This document shows, piece by piece, positions 53,523 through 64,000 of a stretch of DNA of 64,000 nt (its first letter is position 1; every line of letters begins with the position of its first letter). Made by a program: the position numbers and the translations under genes. The notes beneath the pieces were generated by a model. It saw only the letters and a list, made by a program, of their open reading frames with translations. It was not told where the DNA came from and ran no database searches. The stretch comes from Balanoglossus misakiensis (Eukaryota > Animalia > Hemichordata): the NCBI GenBank assembly GCA_040954595.2, contig CM082598.2, positions 744,001 to 808,000 of the forward strand, given 5' to 3'.

Positions 53523-54059
53523 TGTGATGTAATTTTGATACTCCTACTGATAGCACCTGGTGAGTAGATAGATTTTGGAGCTAGTAAGCAGTAGAATTTT
53601 ATGATGTACACCTTACAAGAAATGCACAGATGGGCTTGTACAAACAACAACACAGCTTCAGAGAAAACCTAGTAGACATCATATAAACACAATGATAATT
53701 GCAAAAAATATTCTAAACTGACCCTTGACCATTCTCTAAGCTTGGTTAATATTTTTCATCAATTACACTACCAACAACAATGTGATTATAACCCTCTCTA
53801 TAAACAATAACATCCTTCTGGCCATTACCTAGGCAACGACTACCCCTCATCCTAAAAGTTGATTTCATAGGCAGATTCATATAAGGCAGATTTACCAAAG
53901 GCAGATTTACCAAGGGGGGTATTCTGCTGATAATTTTACAGAATCTTATATTTTAAGATACATGTACATAGATACACAAATTATTATTTTTCATCTCTCT
54001 GAGAGAGGGCGTACTGCTCAGCTTGATCTTGAACGATCAAGGTCACGGTAATGTTTGTT

Positions 54060-54430
54060 ACAAGAAAGACTCCAAAACACAGCCAGTAAAATTGCGAGTT
54101 GCATTTAGTTTGATGTGGTAAAGACAGCGATCTCTCGATCGACGGGCTACAGTCTGGATACGGTTAATAGATCCTTGTCTGCAAAGCTTGCAGGGAACCC
54201 CCACACCCAACCACCACGAACTTCCACTCACGATCACAAATGTGTACTGCAAAGAAGAGGTAGGCTGCGAAAAATGCAGTACATGTAGTAGGTTTCGTAC
54301 ATGCATAGACTGAACACCTGAGAAACCTACCAGATCTGCTCAAAATATCAATGGAATTCCAGCGATCTTCGTGAAAGTCTAGAGTCCTTGTTATATTTAT
54401 GTGGAAGTCGCCATGTTGGATGCGACCCTC
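54060..54430 (-). other. Probable YEATS2 non-coding 5' exons
   Basis: CCAACATGGCG (YY1-like) near 54414, donor CTG|GTAGGT at 54331 and acceptor CTCTTCTTTGCAG at 54247 (84-nt intron). The ATG-containing exon begins with an acceptor at 53556. Confidence 0.5.
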
Positions 54431-55700
54431 TAACTGTTTCATTATAAACAAAGCTTGTGGCGTTGGAGGGCAGAGGTCAAGATAATGTCAAGAGGTGGAC
54501 GAAATGGACACATTGGACCAGAGTTTCATTTCTTGTGTATTAACCATGTCTCATTACACATATGTTCTTTTCACACTATGCTTCGAGAAGCGATTCGCCA
54601 TCACCTTCTCTCAAACATTACAAGGAGTTAATTTATTGATAAAACACCACTGACATTAATTGATTAAATTGTTTTCGGGGTGTCAGTCTGGTTTCAAAGC
54701 GAACATGCATCATTGCATGACAATTCCATTTTGAAGTCCAGATGTAAACTATTTTTGTGTTTCAATGCATTTTAATAAAGGCCACATGGTGTAATACAAA
54801 ACGTGGTGTTTGACTGTTTTCGTCCCCTTCAAGTTGCTGACTGACTAATTCCATCTTGCCAAGAGCTAAAGTTAAAACTACTTTCGTTCTCTAATGTCAG
54901 ATAGGCGCACGGCTACATAAAAAAAGAGAAAAGTATTTTTCCATTCAATTTTTCGTGGCAAATTCTTGAGTTTTGCACATTGCAGAAAATGGGCCCCTAA
55001 TTATTGTTATTTACTAGTATCTATTTTTGTTGCATATTTAGATATTCTCCTATCGATAGCAAGAATATTTGCATATAAGAAACGTGGCATTTTGTCATTT
55101 CTAAGATGATTTGAGAGTGAGTGAATGAGTGAGTCATGTCATACACTAGATAGTGGGCTGTAAACGCGACAGGTAGTTCCATGCACGCGTGGCACCAGTT
55201 TTTGGTCATGGTCATGAGGCTTAGAATAATCACAAAACCTGGTGATTCAGTTTACTGAGGTTGAATCACCCTGGTCGGCCCCTACAAAGGTCATTTAAAC
55301 GGTATTTGCGGTAAACCTCAGGTTGAACTAATATTTTACAGGGGGCGCGTTGAAATATACATGCATTTCATTGCTATGTTGTTTTCATTCGGTCGATCAG
55401 ATGAATCAAAGAAGATTTGTGCCACCTTATGTGACCTTTTATTGTCACTGTGTGTGAAGGTGTCGATAAAAAAGTAGCTGGGTCTGTGTGTGATTTGCAT
55501 GCGAATGTATTCCCAGTGTTGGGAAAGGCCCGACGCCATTCATGAATGTCACTGAAGTTGCTTGGGCAACAGTGATTGGTCTACGATGACATCATGAGCT
55601 AGTTCGTTCTGGCCTGCTCTGATTGGTCGCCCATGACGTAATTTACTATTAATGGAAAGTGATCTCATCGCCTGGTTTACGAGATGATGTCCGCTAGATC
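54430..55700. promoter_or_regulatory. Divergent promoter region YEATS2 / DUSP
   Basis: AP-1 TGAGTCA at 55130, ATTGG boxes at 55575 and 55622, CRE-like TGACATCA at 55587 and TGACGT at 55634. CpG-rich downstream sequence with a donor G|GTAAGT at 55946. Confidence 0.55.
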
Positions 55701-57078
55701 GATCGAGTTCTGACTATGTCGTCGCTGTTTTTGCCTCCAAAATCGCCTTTTCCGTGTATTGTTTTGCTGTATGTGAACGGTGGAGACGCAGGAGGTGTGG
55801 TGTGACCCGAATTTGGAAGCAAAAGCTGCGTTTATCGACGTGGGATCAGCTGGCGAAAAGCGAAGAACTTCAAACTGCTACCAGTTGTGTGCTAACTGGA
55901 AGAACCATTCGAATTTGTCGATTCTTTTCCCATATCGTACTCCTCGGTAAGTACTTTGGGATCATTCAAAGAAAGAAGATCTATTTCATGAAACGGACAA
56001 TAGCAGAGGGCATCTCCAGTACCAAGACCAAGATAACAACAATCAGTCAGAACGGAACTCGTAAGCCATATCGTTGAATAAGAGACCCCAAAAGTTGAAC
56101 CAGCAAAGTTTATTTTTGGATCTGATGCATATGCAAAACTGCAACGTTGAGAATCCAGTCACTCGTCACTTCTGATCGGACAGAGAACTATTTCTTCGCA
56201 GTTACGCTTCGCAGGACAACAGAAACTTAAGATAATAGAAACTCAGTTGCGACAGCATTAAGAAACGTCTTCATGTTCGATTTCATAATTTTTTGCGGCG
56301 TCTTTGGCAATGTTGAAATGTACATACTGCCAGCTATCCGTTGCTAATATTAGAACAAAATTGCCTCAACTCAGTGTGTGATAAGTTATGTATATCCAAG
56401 ACCAAACTTGGATCGCCGAGTTGAGCATCAACTATTTTGTTTAGCTTACGCCAATTGGTAACTCAATACGTAGGGCATATTTTCTGGTATACATCATCCC
56501 ACAATCTTGCCTGGGTCAGTTGAAATTGAGCTATATTCATACAAACTCTGTGACAAAAATATATATAATCGATTTCGACAAGTGACGTATATTGCTTGCT
56601 TGTTAACGTGTCGTCGATGTGCAATATTGGACATTAGGTCTAAATAGCTTAAAATAACCCTACGCTGGTGTAATTTATTTTATCAGGTAGATAAATCTGC
56701 CTTGATTCTATTATTTTCTGTTATCACTTATAAAAAACTCTGGCGTAATTTGGTGACCTAAAATCTATAAGTGTTTAAAGGGACTATTTAAAGTATAACA
56801 GCTCAAGTCTTTTGAGGTTTAATTTTGGTGGATAAAGTCAAATTTGGGAAACAGTTTTCAAAAAACAAAACTGCCATATACAAAAAATTATCTTACCCTA
56901 AAGAAAAAATTTAATAGAGGCTGTCGCAACAAGTCTGAGTTAAAGATCTTCAAGTGACGGACTGGTCAGTCAACTTGGTGTAGTTGCAGCTCTTTTATGG
57001 TGGGACTTGGCTCAAGCATAGATGCAAGCTATTTTTCCAACTCCAATTAAAGAACAATTTCTCTGCCTCAAAAGAAAG

Positions 57079-57270
57079 ATGGCGGAAAAACTTGCAGAAA
57101 CACCGAAGATGCTTCGATCAAACAAGCTAGCAGAGCTACTACAGACGAGCATGGACAAAATTCTGGTCATCGATAGTCGATCCTTTCTTGAATACAACAC
57201 TTGTCATGTGCACAATTCTGTCAATGTGGGCTGCTCAAAATTGATTAAACGTCGACTGCAACAAGATAAG
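57079..57270 (+). CDS. DUSP16: Dual-specificity MAPK phosphatase DUSP8/DUSP16-like, first coding exon (rhodanese/kinase-docking domain); the rest lies beyond the window
   Basis: MAEKLAETPKMLRSNKLAELLQTSMDKILVIDSRSFLEYNTCHVHNSVNVGCSKLIKRRLQQDK then donor AAG|gtaagg at 57270. It matches the LIDSRxFxEYN..CSKLxKRRLQQDK signature of DUSP8/16. There is an in-frame upstream ATG at 57022. I recognised no second exon before 64000. Confidence 0.88.
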
Positions 57271-60200
57271 GTAAGGAAACTTATTCTTGCATTTCTGATT
57301 TTAATTTATCTTTATGTTGCAGGAAGTTAACAGTGAAATATGTTTTGGCATATAAAATTAATGCTTAACGGAGATGAAGTTCAGTTATGATTGAAGGCTT
57401 ATGGAGAACGTGTAAGGCTAAATTCTAAAGAAATTGATACCTTTTGTTATAAAAAAAATGGAAAGACCTTGAAATCAACATTGTTCTTTGACAGCCTGAA
57501 AATTTTCTGTATATAATAAAGTTTTCCTAGATAGGGTTAAAAAATGGTGAGCATCTCTAGTTTCTGGTTTACTTTCGTTTCATTCATTTTCCTAAAAAAA
57601 ATTGTTCAAATTTATTTATATTAGACTAATAAACTATTTTCCCCTTTTGTCTTATTCAATTTTATGAAAACAATAGTATTACACCAAGTCATTAATTTTC
57701 CAAAGGTATTTCAATGAAGATCTTTGAAAAAAAAAACTTTGATTTCTTTTGTTGACGGTTTTGTCTTGTTGCTAGGTGGGCTCGTATGCACTCTGCGTTC
57801 CACCCAATTGTACGAAGTACTGTCTGACTCACACTGTGTCAGACTGCAACTTACATTTGCAGATTTCACAGATCTGACAATAACTTAATCCTCAAGTAGG
57901 CCTAGTCTTAAAAAGATGCGGTATAATTATTTTTCCATTTTTTATAAAAAAATATTACATTTTTCTTTCTTTCTGTATGTAATCGTAAGAAACTGTCAAG
58001 TTCCTCATTGAAGCCCTATGCAATAACTGCACCCTGACTTTGAGATGTATCAAACATACTTTTGTAACTTCAGAATTTCCTTGAAGAAAACAACTACATG
58101 TAATAGGAATTAATTACAGTATGAAGGACATTTTTTTCTGAGAAAGTCCACTAGATTTCAAAGTATGGTCAACTCTTTGTTTAAAAGAAACTGCATTGTA
58201 AGAATGATGTGGTACTTTTCCCGGTTTCCTTTGTGTTACTACGGTATGAATCACCGGGATCCAGAATACAGATTGGTCATTTCCTGTACGGCCCATCAGC
58301 CCATCGCTGACTGACTGGCAATGCACTTGACACATCGCATACAACATTCATTTTACAAAAATACTGGTACAATATTACAATTCGATGACATCATCAGCAT
58401 GATGAGATCACCAATATTTTTTGATATTACAAAGTGTGTTTGAGTAAGGTTGATAATTCCTCATACCTTGGTTGACTTGTGTAATGATTAAATTAAGGTG
58501 CCAAGTCATCGAAGCACTAAGTAAATTCCACACGATTTCTGTGTTCTGGATAGTATTTGTAAGCGAAGGGGGTATTAATGTAAAGAAAAAGCATATGTTT
58601 TTGCAAGAGAAAAATATTTTAGGGTTCTCACAAGACAAGGATGATCAATTATTTCCAGGCACGTGATATAAATTTAGATAAAGTTCATGAATGAAACCTC
58701 CAGAAGAATCTGGAAAATAGATTCCGGCATTTTATGGATAACCATATGAGCTCATTCAACAGCAGAAGGATTTAGTCATGTTTGGATAGCAATGATATGG
58801 AAATCTTTTGATCTTGTGGGAGAATGGCTGAATTTTCATGACGTGTGATGTATTCTGGCCCAAGAGATTGACTTAAGTTCTGTGAATGATAAAAGTCCTT
58901 CAAATGCTTCACAGATTACTGCTACCACTGCAGAAAATATATAACAGAGTCTATTAACAAATATTTGACAGTGTACAATACATATGTACCTGTTGCATAT
59001 GTCAGTAATTAGTATCGGTTGTCGTAAATTTATTTTAATACCCAGGATAGTAATACTACAGAATTATTTATAGTCGGTACTTGATATAAAGGATCGTAAA
59101 TTTTCAGGAGCAAATATTATGAAAGTTATTTGTAGATATTACTATTGGTGCGTGATCAAAGTCAGCATGGATGTGTTCTAAACTGTGTTGAAATGTGATT
59201 GATAGTGACATTTTTCGTACATGTACATTTGTACTCAGTGTGACAGATTCGGTTAGTCTCAGTACATTTAAGAATTACCCAGAGTCACTCAAACATCTGG
59301 AAAAATGAATATTTCACTACTTGGTGGAAAGGCATCGTTTTGTCCATTTTAGTATTTGAATTAGAAGGAAGTAGATTCAGAGGAAACCATTTTAGTGAGT
59401 TTTTGTCACAAAGGATATGACCAATAAGTTGTGACATAGAATCATAAAAGGGAAATGACAAACAGTCTTCAGTGGATGAATGTATGTGCAGCACAGTATT
59501 TTGCTAAATTGTAGAACAATACAGGACTGTACAGTATTGCAATACAGTACACCACACCACAGCTTACCAGAAGTAAGTGGTTGTAGAAATTGAAGGTCTT
59601 ATCCGATGTTTAGTCACATCATACCAATGGCATTTTAATTTAATTTTAAGAGCTTGCTGATATCGTGTTATAAATATAAGAAATAATCTGAGACGTGATC
59701 AGTTGTTTGAATTCTTTCGTAATTACGAATGTACCGATGTTGATCTTGAGTGTTGTTATGGCGTTAACAATGAGATTGCACGCATACCAGGAGAAAGCAG
59801 TAAGTCTGCAAGCTGGACACCATGACACATCGTTTAGGAATTTGCACAATTGTAAAAACTTCCCTAAATAGAATTTACCAAGTCATGTGGAATGGAGCAA
59901 TTGTTTAAGATATATAACCGTTATAATTGCCGTGGGTACTGTAGTGAATAGTCACTGAGCGGTTATTAACACAGATCATGAATTTCGCCCACTGCAGTGT
60001 TAGCATTGCATGTGCCCACATCAGCCCTATATAAGACACCCACATCAACCTGAGCACCCTTGTCAACTCAGCCATTGATCATGGGTACCACGCAATTGAC
60101 CTACATTTCAGGCAATGGTTGCGTCAGGTTAAACCAGGCACATGGCTAATGTTTAACTCTTTCACCAACATGCCCGTTTGGTCCAAATCTATTTTCATAA

Positions 60201-63200
60201 AAGTTATGCTATTTTGCATCATGGGAAATCTACATGAATATTGTTAATGTCATCTTTGTAGAGTTGACAAATTTAAACTTACAAAAACCTCAACAGTTTT
60301 AACACGTCCACCCCCCCCCCCCCCCAGTTTCATTTATCGTGGTCCAACATTACCATAGAAAACAGTAGACTTGGATCAAACCATGGCAGTAAAAGGGTTG
60401 TCAGGATAGAAACGGACAAAACTACATAACTGTTAACAGTACTTTATGCAGTATTGGAAATGAGGAACTTAAACCCGATGAGTCATACATGTATCAACAA
60501 TGGAAAATTTTAAATGAGGATTTTTTTTGTCAAATCTGCACCAAATTACACTCATCTTTTGCATTTTATTATTAAAAACGGCTAAGTGACTATTGTTCTC
60601 TCTATAATCAGCCTTTTACCATGATTGAATGTTACGGTTGATAATCATTATAATTGGTGCGAATTCTACCTAACATAATAGAGAAAGGTTTATCCCCAGA
60701 ATATGACAAGATGTTTCACTAATGACCTGCCATGTTGTCTATTCAGGAGGTGATTATTATAATGTCAGATATCTAATGAGTGCCTTTGTCATCTGATCAG
60801 TCTTTTCATTCAACGGGCAGCTACAGTTTAGATCAGAGCAAAGTTTCAAACGGGTCAGCCCTGAGCTAACCCAAGGCTTGTGACATTCATGAGTGGCTGA
60901 ACTTCAATTGAACGAAACCCACTCCCTCGACAAACAAACTTTACTTTTTAGAGTTTTTTGATCCATGACATTAACAGTCGTAAAATGTCTCTTATCAGTA
61001 AGTACGACTTTAAGTACAGAAATGCAAAGCTCAAAGGCTCCTGAGATCATGTGTTGCTGGTCATATTGGATATACAGAAATAGATTTACATGTATGTTTA
61101 TTTTAAAAACTAAATGTATAACATCATCGTTAAAGATAGAATTTGGTTGAATTATCAATACAGAATAGTCAATACAAAGCAAAATTATAACTTAAAAGAA
61201 GAAATATATGACCAGAAAGATGGACAAGGTAATTCAAACAACGTTAAGATGTTTTGGGAAATAAAAAGAAAATAGCATAGTCTGGATATGCATGTACACA
61301 TATTTCAGTCATGTTTCTAACAAACAAACAAATTCTCGTAGTCGTAATTAAACGGCCCCTAGATCAGATGCTTGTAAAGGCATCCAGGCGACATTTACGT
61401 AAAGGTGACCTTTCATATTTTGCTGGTACTGGTGGGGTCACCCTGCTCAAATTTTAGTTCTTTTTGATACATTTATGGTTTATAGTTATCAGTACTGATA
61501 TTCTGGTATTTTTGAAATTTAGCAAAATCTTCTCTTTTGTGGAAAACACAATGTGTGAGCGATTAACCTTGTAAATGGAGAAATTCTCAGCATCTTAGGT
61601 GGTCCAAAGGATGACATCATACTTGTTGTACGGATGTTTCAAGGATATCGGATGATGTCATATCACATTTGCATGATGTCATAGTCTATGAATCAATGGA
61701 TATTAAAAATCAAGCTACAATGCGCAGTCCATTGTAGCTATCAATGGTGCTATTTTAAACACACACAGCGCAAGGTAAATTTCATCAACCGATTGCTTTT
61801 TATCAAATTACGCGAAGTCGATCAATATTCAGATTATACCAGTACAATACTTCAGTACATTATTGCAATGGAGGTAAGCAAGTCATTGAAATCTTTTGTG
61901 GTGTATGGTAGATGCATTGCGTTTACAAGGACTTTTTGCTTTTACGTTGTTTATTCAAGTTCTGTGACAGATTCCAGTTTCCTTAAGCAGTAACATAATA
62001 GATCTAGTTGAAACCTTGTGAAAATACCGCAGGGTTAAATCTTTTAAGTGAAAGTAGAAAAAATTGCTTTATACTTTCATCATGCTAAAAAGTATATTTC
62101 ATTAATATATTATACAGAGTGATTCATCCTGTGTGTCGTCGTGTGACTTTAGTCAGAACTTGAGACGTACATATTTTAATGATTTAAGGGATTTATTTAG
62201 GGTGTGGTTCTTTCTACTGAAAGTTAGAGTTTATTTAAAAGATGTGTCGATAATAATTTTCATGACATTTATTCATTGAAATCTCATCCCAGAGCGATAT
62301 GCATATGTTAATTACGGATAAAAGCGATCTTGGAAACAGTGAAAAACTGGTAAACTGATAAACAACCTTGTACTGTTTCTACACAAGAGAAAAAAACTAC
62401 TGGTGGACTAAAATTGTGGGCTTTGATTTATGGAAAATTCCTCCTCTCCCTCCCCTCTCATTTAGTTGCAAGAAGCTCCCCGTGTGGCAATACCACCTAC
62501 ATACTTCATTGTTGAGCATCGGGCCAGTCAAAAGTGGAATTTTCCACTTTTGTTGGTGGAAACCAGTAAGACGTCACTTTCGCACAAAACAACAAGTCAC
62601 TGCACAATTGCATGGTATCAGAAACTGCCATTTTCCAGTCAATTATTTTCAATCATTGAATAAAAATGAATAGTAGATGTAGAGGTTCCTTTTTCCTTGA
62701 ACCAACCATACAATAGCGGGTGACTCATAGTCATGTGATCTCCTCACCAAGGTCAAGGACACGTGGAGATGATTGGCGAGTCAACCATCAAACGAAGTCA
62801 CTTAGTATAAAATTTACGGATGATCTAGAAATTTGTCACGAAGACTTTCATTAGCACATTGTCATGGCCGAATAAAAGCTGGTCGTTTCAGCGAAGGACT
62901 CCTTGGTATTTGTCACGCAGATTTTGATAAGGGACATCGGATGTCGGTCTTTTTAACTTGTTGCTGTCAATTCTTTTGTGTAGAACATTCAGCGTAGCCG
63001 CGAAAGAACAGAAGCTTGAAATCCAGTTTAAATTTAAGTATGACTGATTGGAAGTTCTGGTCATGAATCTTGTGGTTGAAATGAAATGTTGGGGTCACAT
63101 ATTCTGGCGGGATGTTAAGTGTTAACAGTTGAAAGGGCAGCGGACAGCTTTTTGAGTGATTCAGAACAAAGAGATGGAATGAAGGGTTGTGGCTGCGGAT

Positions 63201-64000
63201 CATGACTGGGAACTTTAAGCAGTTGTTTGAAAGAAACGGCCTTGAATTGTGGTTCCATGACACGGACTCAATAATCAGTGGTTTGAAAGAAAAATCCTTG
63301 AGTTTTATATATGCTAGATTTCTATAACTACAATTCTGTACGATTACAATGGTTCACATTGGCATGCAAGGTCCTGGACTAGTTTTTCGTCCACATAGTC
63401 GCTTGTGCAATCCCAGTTTGGATCCAGTGTGAACTGAAGTCTATCCGACAGTAACTAGCTTGTATTTGTAACATCTCTTTCTCTCATTCCCAACCACTTG
63501 GAGTGCCGGATCAGCAGTGGGGGATATATCAATCCCATGATATCACCAAGAACCGGAATAAGATTTCTAACACTTGTGATTTGTGGATATTATGTCTCGT
63601 ACTTGCCTGAAGCTGGTTTAAGATAATATCCCCAACTCGCATAAGAAACATAATCTGAGATCCTTGAGGGTGTGAGATTCTATTAATCCAATCCATTCAG
63701 ATTAATATTAAGTCAGTCTGCTTTTAATTTCACATACAAATAACTAATTATGCTCATGTTTTATTTCTAACCATCCAAACTATGATATTAAATATTCTAT
63801 GCAGTTGGAATATTGCAGTATTTAATGTGTTATTGTTAGAATCTGTAAACTAGAGGGATAGGGATTGGTTTTCCGTGGATTGCGGAATGTACTCCATAGA
63901 AGAATCAGCTCAGAGGCATCTCAATAATTCCCACAATGTGATGTTAGTGTAGCTATAATGGGATTGGTTTGGAGGTCACTGTGTATTTACAACACGAGTC

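Noticed and set aside
54164-54451. 95-aa minus-strand ORF upstream of YEATS2
   Set aside because: No recognisable homology; it runs through a likely 84-nt UTR intron and is better explained as 5' UTR.

Overview
This is AT-rich, intron-rich animal genomic DNA with no prokaryotic features. By gene content and repeat style it is most likely an invertebrate deuterostome such as a hemichordate (inference). I built six gene models by hand from GT-AG splice sites and checked each for frame continuity. They are: two head-to-head arylsulfatase B-like paralogs (the minus-strand one runs off the left edge), parvin (+, 380 aa), TEAD/scalloped (+, about 425 aa), YEATS2 (-, about 1394 aa, convergent with TEAD) and the first coding exon of a DUSP8/16-type MAPK phosphatase (+, divergent from YEATS2). 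The strongest structure not visible in the ORF track is exon duplication in two neighbouring genes. Parvin has two 77-nt alternative terminal exons for the last CH2 helix; the proximal one is flanked by fold-back elements, and a poly(A) signal sits at the distal acceptor. TEAD has two 63-nt exons 64 nt apart, each encoding the TEA DNA-recognition helix and likely mutually exclusive. Also present are a parvin-TEAD adjacency recalling vertebrate PARVA-TEAD1, several tandem and satellite arrays in TEAD introns, MITE-like hairpins and a tRNA-derived SINE-like element. Coordinates were counted by eye and no database searches were run.
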